Under the pieces are notes generated by a model. The model did no database searches. It saw only the letters and a program-made list of their open reading frames with translations, and was not told where the DNA came from. The translations under genes were made by a program, and so were the position numbers. Shown here piece after piece: positions 41,463-52,925 of a DNA stretch of 64,000 bases; the stretch's first letter is position 1; each line of letters starts with the position of its first letter. This stretch comes from an uncultured Chloroflexia bacterium (GTDB lineage: Bacteria; Chloroflexota; Limnocylindria; QHBO01): assembly GCA_963843015.1 (NCBI GenBank), contig CAWJIR010000006.1, positions 32,763 to 96,762 of the forward strand, given 5' to 3'.

Positions 41463-42341
41463 ATCACTGCGCGCGTCCGTAAGGCGGTCGTCCCGGCCGC
41501 CGGCTACGGGACTCGATTCCTGCCGGCGACCAAGGCCATCCCCAAGGAGATCCTCCCGCTCCTCGACCGACCCGTCATCCAGTTCGCGGTCGAGGAGGCG
41601 GTGGCCTCGGGGATCGAGCAGATCGTCATCGTCGTGGGTTCGGGGACGAGCGTCATCGAGGAGCACTTCGACTCTCACCCTGCCCTCGAGCGCTGGCTGG
41701 AGGACCGCGGGGACATCGAGCTGCTCCGCGCCGTGCGCCGGCAGTCCGAGATCGCGGCCATCGCCTACGTCCGCCAGAAGGAGCCGCTCGGCCTGGGCCA
41801 CGCGGTGCTGATGGCCAAGGAGCTCATCGGCGACGAGCCGTTCGCCGTCCTCCTGCCCGACGACGTCATGGTCAACCCCGGCGGGGCTCCGGTGACCGCG
41901 CAGCTGGTGGAGGCGCACGCGGCGCATCGCGGATCGGTCATCGCCATCACCAAGGTGCCGCGGACCGACGTCAGCCGCTACGGCATCGTGGGAACCACGC
42001 GCGGCGAGGGACGGCTGTGGGAGCTGTCCGACGTGGTCGAGAAGCCGCCGGTGGACCAGGCGCCGTCCGACCTCGCCGTTCTCGGCCGCTACGTGCTCAG
42101 CCCGCGCGTCTTCGACATGCTCGAGCACACGCCGCCCGGGGCAGGCGGCGAGATCCAGCTGACCGATGCCATCCGCGCTCTCATCGCGGACCAGCCGGTC
42201 TACGGGTACGAATTCACCGGCTACCGGCACGACGCCGGCACCCGTCTCGGCTGGCTGGAGGCCAACGTCGCCCTGGCTCTGGAGTCGGACATGGCGGACG
42301 ACTTCCGCGCCTACCTCCGCGGACTCGACCTGCGAGACTAG
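41463..42341 (+). CDS. galU: UTP-glucose-1-phosphate uridylyltransferase
   Basis: KAVVPAAGYGTRFLPATKAIPKEILP, RQKEPLGLGHAV, VLLPDD, VEKP, GEIQLTDA; apparent start is ATC after GGAGG. Confidence 0.95.
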   Translation: MTARVRKAVVPAAGYGTRFLPATKAIPKEILPLLDRPVIQFAVEEAVASGIEQIVIVVGSGTSVIEEHFDSHPALERWLEDRGDIELLRAVRRQSEIAAIAYVRQKEPLGLGHAVLMAKELIGDEPFAVLLPDDVMVNPGGAPVTAQLVEAHAAHRGSVIAITKVPRTDVSRYGIVGTTRGEGRLWELSDVVEKPPVDQAPSDLAVLGRYVLSPRVFDMLEHTPPGAGGEIQLTDAIRALIADQPVYGYEFTGYRHDAGTRLGWLEANVALALESDMADDFRAYLRGLDLRD

Positions 42342-42357
42342 CCGGTCATGACAGCCG

Positions 42358-43923
42358 ATGCCCGAGGGCCGCGTGATCGCGGGACGCTATCGCCTCATCG
42401 CCATCGAGGGCGAGGGCGGGATGGCGACCGTGTGGCGCGCCATGGACGAGCAGCTCGAGCGGGAGGTGGCGGTCAAGATCCTCCGCCCCCAGTTCGGCGT
42501 CGACCCCGGATTCGCCACCCGCTTCCGAAACGAGGCCCGCGCGGCCGGAGCGCTCTCCCATCCCAACGTCGTCCAGGTCTATGACTTCGGGACCGATGTC
42601 GAGTCCAGCGACCAGTACATCGTCATGCAGCTGGTCGACGGCAAGGACCTCTCGACCGTCCTCAAGGAGCGCGGTCCCCTGGCGTTCGACGAGGCGGTGT
42701 CCATCGGCGCCGCCGTGGCCGATGCCCTCGACGCCGCGCACCGCCACGGCCTGATCCACCGCGACATCAAGCCCGGGAACATCCTGATCACCGCAAGCGG
42801 GCGGACCCTGGTCACCGACTTCGGCATCTCGCGCGCCATCGCCGATGCCTCGATGACCGTCACCGGCACGACGATCGGATCGGTGCACTACTTCAGCCCC
42901 GAGCAGGCGTCCGGGGAGGAGGTCGGGCCCCCATCCGACATCTACGCCCTCGGGATCGTCATCTACGAGATGCTGAGCGGCCGTCGCCCATTCGAGGGCG
43001 AGTCCGCCGCCGGGGTCGCGCTGAAGCGGCTCAACGAACCGCCGCCACCGTTGTCGACCGGAATCCTGCCCATCCCGCCCGCCCTGGAGTCGGTCGTCAT
43101 GCGGGCCCTGGCCCGCGACCCATCGGAGCGCTACCCCGACGCCGCCGCCTTCGCCCAGGCACTCCGCACCTGGCAAAGCCAGGAGGAGACCGCGGCCATG
43201 GTGGCCCCCGCCGCCGTGGCCGCGGCCGCGGTCGTCCCGCCTCCGCTCGCGCCGGAGCCGGTTCCCGCGACCGCGCCCCCGCCGCCGTACATCCCGCCCG
43301 GGCCGCCACCGAAGAAGGACCGGCCCTGGTGGATCTGGGTGCTCGCCTTCCTGGCCGTGATCCTGCTCGGAGCCATGGGCTTTCTCGGCGCCGAGCTGCT
43401 TGACGGAGGCCGGGATGAGCCGAGTCCCAGCGCCGACACCTTCGCCCTGCCCAACTGGGAGGGCGACCCGATCACCCAGGTTCGCCTCGAGGCGGACGAC
43501 CTCGGCCTTGAGCTGGACGAGCGACAGGAGATCAGCGAGGACGTGCCGGAGGATTCGGTGGTCCGGACCAATCCGGAAGCGGGGAGCGAGGTGAGCGAGG
43601 GCGACACGATCGCGGTCTTCGTCAGCTCCGGCGAGGAGACGGTCGAGGTCCCGACCCTCGTCGGGCAGACCCGGAGCGAGGCGAACATCACCCTGACCCA
43701 GGCGGGCCTCCGTCTCGGATCGGTCGACGAGGAGTTCTCCGATCGGCCGGTGGGGACGGTCATCCGCTCGGACCCAGCCACCGGCACGACGGTGCCGACC
43801 GATTCCCAGGTCGACATCGTCCTGTCCCGCGGCCCGGAGCCGACCCCCACACCGGCGCCGACGCCGCCGCCGACGCCGACCCCGCCTCCACCGCCGCCGC
43901 CGACGCCGTCCCCCAGCCCGTAG
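42358..43923 (+). CDS. pknB: Hanks-type Ser/Thr kinase with TM, two PASTA domains and Pro-rich tail
   Basis: GEGGMATVW, VAVKIL, HRDIKPGN, DFG, YFSPEQ, SDIYALG; TM WWIWVLAFLAVILLG; VPTLVGQT PASTA. Confidence 0.93.
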   Translation: MPEGRVIAGRYRLIAIEGEGGMATVWRAMDEQLEREVAVKILRPQFGVDPGFATRFRNEARAAGALSHPNVVQVYDFGTDVESSDQYIVMQLVDGKDLSTVLKERGPLAFDEAVSIGAAVADALDAAHRHGLIHRDIKPGNILITASGRTLVTDFGISRAIADASMTVTGTTIGSVHYFSPEQASGEEVGPPSDIYALGIVIYEMLSGRRPFEGESAAGVALKRLNEPPPPLSTGILPIPPALESVVMRALARDPSERYPDAAAFAQALRTWQSQEETAAMVAPAAVAAAAVVPPPLAPEPVPATAPPPPYIPPGPPPKKDRPWWIWVLAFLAVILLGAMGFLGAELLDGGRDEPSPSADTFALPNWEGDPITQVRLEADDLGLELDERQEISEDVPEDSVVRTNPEAGSEVSEGDTIAVFVSSGEETVEVPTLVGQTRSEANITLTQAGLRLGSVDEEFSDRPVGTVIRSDPATGTTVPTDSQVDIVLSRGPEPTPTPAPTPPPTPTPPPPPPPTPSPSP

Positions 43924-43994
43924 CCCGACCTGGGCCGTCGGCGGTGCTAGGATGGCCGCCGCTTACCGTCCATCGCGCTGAGGTTCACGTGCCC

Positions 43995-44315
43995 ATGTCC
44001 GCCGTCGCCGTCGACGAAACGACCTTCGAAACCGAGGTCCTGAACAGCGAGAAGCCCGTTCTCGTGGACTTCTGGGCGCCATGGTGCGGCCCCTGCCGCC
44101 TCGTCTCGCCGGTGGTCGAGTCGATCGGGGACTCGCACGCGGAGAAGATCGCGGTCGCCAAGCTGAACACCGACGAGAACCAGGACCTGGCCATGCGGTA
44201 CAGCATCTTCAGCATCCCCACCATGATCCTGTTCAAGGACGGCCGCGAGGCGGCCCGCCTGGTCGGCTACATGCCGCAGCAGGTCATCGAGGAGCGCCTC
44301 AGGAACTGGCTCTAG
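43995..44315 (+). CDS. trxA: Thioredoxin
   Basis: PVLVDFWAPWCGPCR, IFSIPT. Confidence 0.97.
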   Translation: MSAVAVDETTFETEVLNSEKPVLVDFWAPWCGPCRLVSPVVESIGDSHAEKIAVAKLNTDENQDLAMRYSIFSIPTMILFKDGREAARLVGYMPQQVIEERLRNWL

Positions 44316-44324
44316 GCAACCGCG

Positions 44325-44910
44325 ATGGAGGGACGGCCGCCACCCCGCCAGATCGTCGTCAAGCCCGAGCGCCGCGCGGGCTCCGAGCGGCGGCAGGCCG
44401 AGGCCGAGGCGCCGTCGGACCGGCGCCAGGGGGACCGGCGGACGATGTGCTGGGAGGTCGAGAACTGCGACCTCGCCATCCGGTACCGGTGTCCGGCGTT
44501 CATCCTGCGCCGACCCTGCTGGGAGCTGTGGGCGGTGGAGGGAATCGGTCCGGCCCGAGCCTGCTGCCACAACGACACCGATTGCGAGCCAGGTCGGTGC
44601 GCGATCGCCGAGAAGCGGTTCGCCAGGCACGGCCGAGCCGCTCGAGGTCCATGTCGGGCGGCGAGGGGCGCCACTGGGGTTCACGCGCCCGCGACGCCAC
44701 AGCTGCCCGAACTTCTTCGTCACCCACGGATCAGGCGGACGGATCCCGGTCGACGCTCCGCACCTCCTGCGCTCGCTGGCCAAGCAGGAGGGCACCGTGT
44801 CCCGCTGCCGGGTCCGCGGTGGCGTGCATCTCGACAGCGGGTACGTCACCGACCTCTGCCTGACCGGCCAGTATCGCGACTGCGTCTTCTTCGAGGACGA
44901 GCAGGACTGA
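44325..44910 (+). CDS. Cys-rich hypothetical protein (two-CW-like module plus C-terminal 4-Cys module), frameshifted
   Basis: ERRAGSERR/DRRQGDRR, CWEVENC...RCPAF...PCWE...CCH..DC...C, then SCPNFF...RC...LC...YRDCVFF*. Confidence 0.7.
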
Positions 44911-46268
44911 GCACCGCCCTCTCCTACCCGGCCGCGGTGGCGGCAATCCAGCGCCGGGGTCGGTTCGGGGTGAGTCTGGGCCTCGACCGCATCAACCACC
45001 TGCTGGAGGACCTGGAGCATCCGGAGCGCGAGCTGCGCGGGGCGCTCGTGGCCGGCACGAACGGCAAGGGCAGCGTGGTCGCCCTGGCCGGGGCCGTCCT
45101 CCGCGAGGCGGGGTACGTCGTCGGGGCGATGCCCAAGCCGCACCTCGTCACCTACCGCGAGCGGATCACGGTCAACGGCGAGGCGATCGGCCGTCGCGCC
45201 TTCGCGTCGGCCGTGGGGAGCGTTCTCGACGTCGCCGACCGCGCAGCCGGCGCCGACGGCCCCCCGACCGAGTTCGAGGTCCTCACCGCTGCCGGGTTCC
45301 TGGCCCTGTCGCAGGCCGCGGTCGGTATCGCCCTGGTCGAGGTTGGTCTCGGGGGCCGACTCGACGCCACCAACGCCGCCGATCTCGGCGTCGCGGTGAT
45401 CACCAACGTGGCCCACGACCACGAGCGTCATCTCGGCCGGACGCTGGCGGCCATCGGTCGGGAGAAAGCCGCCATCGTCAAGGCGGTCGAACCTGGCGGT
45501 GACCGGGCGCGACGGGCAGAGGGCTGGGACCGATCACGAACCGATGCACGACGCTTGGGGTCCCGCTGCGGCGGACGGGGCCGGGTCAGCCGTGGGAGGC
45601 GACGGTGATGGCCAGCGGATGGGAGGGCGTGACCGTGGACCTTCGCACGCCCGGACGGCACCCTGCGGGACCTGCGCGTGGGACTGCTCGGCAGCCACCA
45701 GGCCGCCAACGCCGCGGTCGCCGCAGCGGTCGTCGATGCCCTCCAGCGAGGACGGGGAGCGGCGCGGGCGACCGGTCCCGGTGAACGAGGCCGCGCTCCG
45801 GGCGGGAATGGCCGGCGCGCGCTGGCCGGGCCGCCTGGAGCTGTTCCGCGGCGCCGTCGACGGGCGGGACATCCTCCTCGACGGAGCGCACAACCCGGCC
45901 GGCGCGCGCGCGCTGGCCCGTGCCCTCGGCGAGCTCGGCGTGGCGCGATTCCCGCTCGTGTTCGGCGCCATGCGCGGGAAGCGGGTGTCCGCCGTCCTGC
46001 GCGCCCTCGCCCCACTCGAGCCGCGCCCCGTTTTCACCGCGGTGGCGGACCCGCACGCCCAACCTCCCGGAGCAGCTGCTGCGGACCTGGCGCCGGGTCG
46101 TCCCCACCGCCCGCGGGGCGGAGGCCGGGACGATCGTGGCCACCCCGGTCGACGCCGTGAGGCAGCGCGGTCGCGCTCGACGGTGACGGGCCGGTGGTGG
46201 TGGCCGGCTCCCTGTACCTGGTCGGTGCGATCCGCGCCGCCTTGACCGGTGAGGAACCGGACGCTTGA
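44907..46268 (+). CDS. folC: Folylpolyglutamate/dihydrofolate synthase, frameshifted
   Basis: SLGLDRI, VAGTNGKGS, PHLVTYRERI, TEFEVLT, EVGLGGRLDATN, DHERHLG, WPGRLE, LDGAHNP, GSLYLVG. Confidence 0.92.
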
Positions 46269-47153
46269 TGCCGCCCGAGACGCCGCGCCGGACGAAGCGC
46301 CTGACCTGGGGGGAACGGACGTTCGTGATGGGGATCCTGAACGTGACCCCCGACTCGTTCTCCGGTGACGGCCTGGCGCCAACCGGGCGGTCCGAGGCGG
46401 AGGTCGTGGCCGCGGCGCTCGACCAGGCGCGCGCGTTCGTGGCCGGCGGAGCGGAGATCCTCGACGTCGGGGCCGAGTCGTCGCGACCGGCCGCCGTCTA
46501 CGGCGAGCACCCCGCGGTCGACGTCGAGACGGAGCTGCGGTCTGGCGATCCCGGTGGTCGAGGCGCTGGACGCGGCGTTCGGCGAGGAGGTGCTGATCAG
46601 CATCGACACCACCAAGGGCGAGGTCGCGCGGGCGGCGCTCGCCGCCGGCGCGGGGATGGTCAATGACGTGTGGGCCGCCCGGCGAGACCCGGGCACGGCC
46701 GAGGCCGCGGCGGCGGCCGGCGCGTACCTCGTGGTGATGCACAACAAGGACGTGGCCGAGTACCCCGACGGCGTCCTGCCCGAGGTGATCGGCTGGCTGC
46801 GCTCGGCCGCCGAGGCGGCCGCAGAGGCCGGCGTCGCGCGCGACCGCATCGTGGTCGACCCGGGGATCGGCTTCGGGAAGACACCGGAACACAGCCTCGA
46901 GGTGCTCCATCGGCTGGGCGAGCTGAAGGCCGCGCTGGACCTGCCGCTGCTGGTCGGGACCAGCCGCAAGCGCTTCATCGGCGAGATCCTGGACGGCGCG
47001 CCGCCCGACGAGCGGCTCGAGGGAACGGCCGCCAGCTCGGTGCTGGCCATCGCCGCCGGAGCGGACGTGGTCCGCGTCCACGACGTGGCGGCCGTCGCCC
47101 GCGCGGTGCGCGTCGCGGACGCCATCGTTCGCGGAGGCCAGCCGGTCGAGCCG
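46265..47153 (+). CDS. folP: Dihydropteroate synthase, frameshifted, 3' boundary unclear
   Basis: MGILNVTPDSFSGDG, DVGAESSRP, SIDTTK, NDVW, VDPGIGFGK, GTSRKRFIG, VRVHDV. Confidence 0.92.
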
Positions 47154-47537
47154 GTGTCCGCGCTGCCGGGCCAGCGTCGCCGTCCTCGGCATCCGCGGCC
47201 GCCGGCCGGCACGGGGTGGGCGACGAGGAGCGGTCGCGTGAGCAGCCGTTCGAGGTGGACGTCGTCGCGCGCCTCGACGTCGGCCAGGCGGTTGCCGGCG
47301 ACGATCTCGAGCAGACCGTGGACTACGCCGCGGTCGCAGGCGCCTCGTCATCGAGCTGGTGCGCAGCGACGAGCTTCCGCCTGATCGAGACCCTGGCGGC
47401 CGCCATCGGCGACGCGATGCATCGGCCGGTGGGCGGTGGTCGACGAGGTCGAGGTCGCGGTCCGCAAGCTGGAGGCGCCCATGCCCGCGCCATTCGAGCG
47501 GGTCGAAGCCCGCGTTCGGCTGACGCGGAACGGCTGA
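47154..47537 (+). CDS. folB: Dihydroneopterin aldolase, frameshifted
   Basis: HGVGDEER...QPFEVDV, DDLEQTVDY, FRLIETLA, VRKLEAP. Confidence 0.85.
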
Positions 47538-47550
47538 GCGCGTGCCGCGG

Positions 47551-48821
47551 TCAGCGTTGAGCGGGCAGCGTCCCCAGCGTGATCTCGATGGTCAGCTCCT
47601 CGCCACCGCGAACGACCGTCGCTTCGACGACGTCACCCGGGCGATACGGGAGGAGCAGCGACGATGAGGTCATGGGCCTCGTCGACGGTTCGGCCGGCAA
47701 TCGGCGGTGATGATGTCGCCCTGCTGGAGACCCGCCTGCTCGGCCGGGCTGCCGGGGAAGACGGCCGGCGCGCCGTTGCGGGCCCTCGTCGATCAGCGCG
47801 CCCTCGTCGACCGAGAGGTCAAGGTCGGCGGCCAGCTGCTGGTCGATCATCGTGAAGTAGACGCCCGACCCACGGCCTCGCGATCTCCTCGCCCTCCAGC
47901 GCGAGGGCCATGATCGGTCTGGCGAAGTCGATGGGGATGGCGAAGCCGATGCCCTGCGCATCGGTCGACACCGCGGTGTTGATGCCGACCACCTGGCCGG
48001 CGCTGTTGACCAGTGGTCCACCCGAGTTGCCCGGGTTGATGGCGGCATCGGTCTGGATCAGGTTGTTCAGCTGCTCCAGGCTCGTGCCCGCCGCCCGCGT
48101 TCACGTGCCGGCTCAGGCCGGAGACGATCCCGGTCGTGACCGTGTCGGAGAAGTCACCGAGCGGATTGCCGATGGCAATGGCCAGCTGGCCGACCTCCAA
48201 CGCCGCCGATGAGCCGATGGGCGCGGTCGGCAGGTCGGTCGCATCGATCTTGATGATCGCCAGGTCGGTCAGGGTGTCGGTCCCGACCAGGGTTGCCTCG
48301 AACTGCCGGGAGTCGGCGAGGGTGACGACCATGCTCGAGGCGTCTCCCGCGACGTGGCGGTTGGTCAGGATCCAGCCATCGGGATCGAAGATGAAGCCCG
48401 ACCCGGACCCGGACCCACCGGTGGCCACCGTGACGTCGATCGTCACCACGGCCGGGGCCACGCTGGCGACGGCATCGATGACGGCCGACGTCTCGTCGAG
48501 GGTCACCTCGGAAACGGTGTCGCCGGGCGGCACCTCCGTCGTTCGCGGTTGGGTGATGCCCACCAGGTTGACGACGGCCAGCCCGGACAGCGATCCGGCC
48601 ACCACCCCGGCCGCAAGGGCGACGGCGAGGAAGCCGATCAGCCGCGGTCGGGTGGGAGCCGGTTCGACCGGCTCGGGCGGAAGATGGCGCCGCGTCGACC
48701 AGGCCGGGGCGGAGGACCAGCTGTCGGAGCGTTCAGGGATGGGCGCGGACGGATCGCTGGCGCCATAGCGGTCGGTCTCGACCGCGGCGGGCGGCTCGAC
48801 CTCGAAGTCGTTGTGGGTCAC
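47551..48821 (-). CDS. HtrA/DegP-family serine protease with TM and PDZ domain, frameshifted
   Basis: [50 protein letters not shown]...RPGDVV. Confidence 0.9.
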
Positions 48822-48899
48822 CGACGGAGTGTGCGCGTCGAACCGTTGCGGCCGTCGCCGGCGCCACGGTGAAGATTTGTTGATCAAGCGGGTGTCTCC

Positions 48900-50450
48900 T
48901 CGGTGGCCAGCTCGCCCGGCTCGACGGCCAGTGTCCCCGGTGCGGGGCCATCGGCGGGTCGCTCGCCCGAGGCGGCCGCGCCCTGTCGGGGCAGGATCGA
49001 CGCGGAACACCGCTCCCTCGCCGAGGACGCTGGCGACCTCGATGAAACCGCCGTGCATCTCGACGATCGACCGCGCGATCGCCAGCCCCAGGCCGCTTCC
49101 CGATGCTCGCGCCTCGCCCACGTTCGTACCGCGGTAGAACCGATCGAAGATGTGGGGCAGCTCGGCAGGCGGGATGCCCGGGCCGGTGTCGCTGACCTCG
49201 ATCACCGCCGAGTCGGCCTCGTCGAGCACCTGGACCGCGACCGTCCCGCCGTTGGCCGTGAACTTCAGCGCGTTGCCGACCAGGTTGTTCACGAGCTGCA
49301 CCACCCGCTCGCGATCGAATCGGATGGCCACCGTGGTCGACGGGGCGACGTAGGTCACGCTGATGCCGCGCGCCGCCGCGGTTTCGGCCGTCGCCTCGAC
49401 CGCGGCCCGCACCGGCTCCCGCAGGTCGCCGATCCGCACGTCCAGGGGGAAGATGCCGGCATCGATCCGCGACAGGTCGAGCAGGTTCGCGCTCATCCAT
49501 TCCAGCCGGCTCAGCTGCTCGCTCGAGCGGTCGAGGAATTCGTGACGCGTCTCGTCATCCATGGCCCCGTCGCGCTGGAGCTCGGTGTAGGTGCGCAGGG
49601 CGGCCAGTGGGGTCCGCAGCTCGTGGCTCACGTCGGCGACGAACTCCCGCAGCCGGTCGCGGTCCGATTCGAGGAGCCGGAGCGACTCGGTCAGCCGGTC
49701 GGCCATGAGGTTGAACTGGTCGCCGAGCTGGTCGATCTCCTCGACGCCGGCCGGCGGCACCCGGGCGTCGAGGTGGCCATGCGCGAGCCGGCTCGAGAAC
49801 CGCCCGAGCCGGCTCAACGGGACCGTCAGGCGGCGAGCGACCAGCACCCCGACGAGCATGGACACGATGAGCGCCAGGGCGCCGGCGCCGACCAGCGCGC
49901 CACGGACCTGGGTCAGGGTCGCGTCGCGCGCGGTGTACGGCACGGACACCACGACCTCCATCTGCGAGCGTGCCGTTCGGCGCCAGCGGCATTTCGGAGA
50001 GCGGCAGCTCAACCGAGAAGCCGACCCGGCTCGACGGGGCGAACGGATCGGGCGCGAGGTCCTGGGCCTCGGCCGCCTCGACGTCCTCCGGCTCGGCGAA
50101 GGCGGCCTCCGATCCGTCGACGACGTTGAGCACCTCGACCGTCACCAGCAGCCGATCCGCGGCCGCCTGGGCCGCGGGCTGGATGATCCGCGCCTCGCGC
50201 TGCTCGGGATCGTTGACGAACTCGCCCAGACCGCTCGTTTCCGAGCGGTTGACGGTGTCGATGATCAGCAGGGCGGTCGCCTGCGCCGCCGATTCGGTGC
50301 GCGCGCGTCCCTGCTCCTCGAAGTAGCCGGGCAGGATCTGGTTCAGGGCCACGCCGCTGATGAGCAGCGCGATGAGCGCGGTGCTGGCGAGCGCCACCAC
50401 CAGGCGAACATCCAGGCGGCGAACGAAGCGACGCAGGAACGTGGGCTCAG
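48900..50450 (-). CDS. HAMP-domain sensor histidine kinase, frameshifted, ends approximate
   Basis: Two TM helices, HAMP, VSHELRTPL, NLVGNALKF, DTGPGI, FDRFYRG, GSGLGLAI. Confidence 0.9.
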
Positions 50451-51147
50451 TCCTCGGCGAACGCGTAGCCCACGCCGCGCACGGTGCGGATGTACCGCGG
50501 CTCGGCCGGATCGGGCTCGATCTTGTCGCGGATGTGGCTGACGTGGACGTTGATCGTCCGCTCGTCCTGCTCGATCGCCGCGTCGTAGTCGCGGACCAGC
50601 TCGAGCAGCTGGCTCCGGGTGAAGACCCGGCCCGGTCGCGCGGCCAGGTGGCGGAGCAGGTCGAACTCGGTCGTCGTCAGGCTGATCCGCTCGCCGGCGC
50701 GGGTGACGCGCCGGCGCTCGAGGTCGATCACGAGGTCGCCGCGGCGGAGCGTGTCGGTGGCCTGCACGTCGGCCAGCTCCCCGTAGGCCCGGCGGAGGAG
50801 CGCCTTCACGCGGCTGATGAGCTCGCGGAGGCTGAATGGCTTGACGAGGTAGTCATCGGCTCCCAGCTCGAGGCCGACGACCTTGTCCACCTCATCGGTC
50901 CGAGCGGTGAGGAACAGGATCGGGTGCCCGGGTCTCGCGCCGCAGCCGACGGCAGACCTCGAAGCCGTCGATGCCGGGCAGGCGCACGTCCAGCAGGACG
51001 AGATCCGGGCGCAGCTCGGCGAATCGGCTCGACGGCCTCCTCGCCGGTGCCGATGACGTGCACCGCGTACCCCTCCCGCTCCAGCGCCACCTGGACGCCG
51101 TGGGCAACGGCGGGCTCGTCCTCGACGATCATGATGCTGGCGGCCAC
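50447..51147 (-). CDS. OmpR/PhoB-family response regulator, frameshifted
   Basis: [56 protein letters not shown]. Confidence 0.92.
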
Positions 51148-51270
51148 GACCCGCGATTCTAGACCGATGACCGCCGCAGGCCGGCGCCGGCCGTTTGCCC
51201 GTCCATCGGTCCGCCTGTACCATCCGGCTTCCCACATCCCGCCTCCCGCCACCTGGAGATCCTCCGACCG

Positions 51271-51969
51271 ATGACCCTCGAGCTGGCCGTTGACGCCCGC
51301 AGCGTGCTCGGCAAGCAGACCAAGCGCCTCCGCCGCGCCGGCGCGGTGCCGGGCGTCGTGTTCGGCAAGGGCACGGCCTCGATCGCGGTCCAGGTCGATG
51401 CCAGGCAGTTCGAGTCCCTGTACCAGGCCGCCGGTCGGACGACCATCTTCCAGCTGAGCGTTCCCGGCGGCGGCACCCGCAGCGCGATCATCAAGTCGGT
51501 GCAGCGCCACCCGTTGAGTGGCCGCGCCATGCACGTCGACTTCTTCCTGCCCGACCTGACGGCCGTGCTGCAGATCGACGTCCCGCTCGTGTTCGTCGGC
51601 GAGGCGCCGGCCATCGAGGCCACCGGCGGGTCGCTGTTCACCTCGCTCGACCATCTCAAGGTCAGCGCCCTGCCCGCCGACCTGCCGCACGAGATCACCG
51701 TCGACGTGTCATCCCTCGTCGACCTGGAAGCCGCCATCCACGTCCGCGACCTGGGCGTGGAGTCGGACACCGTCCACGTCCTGAACGACCTTGACGAGAT
51801 GGTCGCCCGGGTCATGCCGCCGCGCGTGATCGAGGTCGAGGAGCCCGTGGTCGAGGAGGGCGAAGAGGGCGAGGGCGAGGAAGGGGAGGCCGCGGCCGGC
51901 GAGGCGGGCGAGGCGGGCGAGGGCTCAGAGACCGGCGGCGAGTCGCCGAGCTCAGGGGACGAGGGCTAG
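51271..51969 (+). CDS. rplY: 50S ribosomal protein L25/Ctc
   Basis: LGKQTKRLRRAGAVPGVVFG, VQRHP, HVDF, acidic tail; intact ORF. Confidence 0.95.
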   Translation: MTLELAVDARSVLGKQTKRLRRAGAVPGVVFGKGTASIAVQVDARQFESLYQAAGRTTIFQLSVPGGGTRSAIIKSVQRHPLSGRAMHVDFFLPDLTAVLQIDVPLVFVGEAPAIEATGGSLFTSLDHLKVSALPADLPHEITVDVSSLVDLEAAIHVRDLGVESDTVHVLNDLDEMVARVMPPRVIEVEEPVVEEGEEGEGEEGEAAAGEAGEAGEGSETGGESPSSGDEG

Positions 51970-51982
51970 CTCCGAGGACCCA

Positions 51983-52925
51983 TCACCGCCGCCGCGAGGC
52001 GCGCGGGTCGAAGGCGTCGCGCATGCCGTCGCCGAGCAGGGTGAAGCCGACCAGCGCCACGGCGAGCGCGACCATGGGCGGGAAGACGAGCCATGGGGCG
52101 AGCGCGAAGCTGTCGATGCCCGCGTCGATGAGGCTGCCCCACGAGGCGCGCGGGATCTGGACGCCGAGCCCGAGGAAGGACAGGGTCGACTCGGCGAGGA
52201 TCGCCAGCGGGATGCCCAGGCTGATGGCGACCGCGATGGGGCCCATGGCCTGGGGAAGGATGTGGCGCCGCACGATCCTGCCCTCCGGCACGCCAACCGC
52301 CCGCGCCGCTTCGATGTCCTCGCGCTGCTTGAGCGAGAGGGTCTGGGCCCGGACCAGGCGCGCCGTGCCGACCCACGCGATGAGGCCGATGGCGACGAAG
52401 GTCGCGAGCAGCCCGTTCATGACCCCGAAGAACGGCGTCTCGACCACCGCGGCCGAGATCATGATGATGAACAGCAGGTCCGGGAAGGTGGCGATGACAT
52501 CGGTGAAGCGCATGAGCGCCGATTCGACCTTTCCGCCGCGCCAGCCGGCCAAGAGGCCGACCGGGACGCCGATGGCCAGCACCACCAGCTGGGCGACGAG
52601 GGCCACGGTCAGGGACACCCGGGCGCCATCGACCGTTCGGGCCAGCAGGTCCCGTCCGAGGGCATCGGTGCCGAGCAGGTGGCCCGGCGAGCCGGGGGGC
52701 AGCGCCCCGCCATAGGCGACTACGGCCTCGAGATCCTGCTCGTAGTAGGTGTACGGCAGCAGGAACGGACCGAAGATGGCAATCAGCGCCAGCGCGGTGA
52801 CGATCACCAGCCCGGCGATCCCCGCCGGCGTGCGGAGGAGGCGGCGGAACGCATCGGCCCAGAAGCCACGGCTCCGTTCCGACGGCCTCTAGCTCGGGGC
52901 GAGCCTCGACCCGTGCCTCAGCCAC
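51983..52925 (-). CDS. Oligopeptide/dipeptide ABC permease (OppC/DppC), N-terminal frameshift
   Basis: LLGTDALGRDLLAR..DGARVSL, IEAARAVG, RHILP, LSFLGLG. Confidence 0.9.

Noticed and set aside
43845-43920. Tandem repeat or VNTR (ccgacgccg-like)
   Set aside because: Low-complexity PT/P coding tail of PknB
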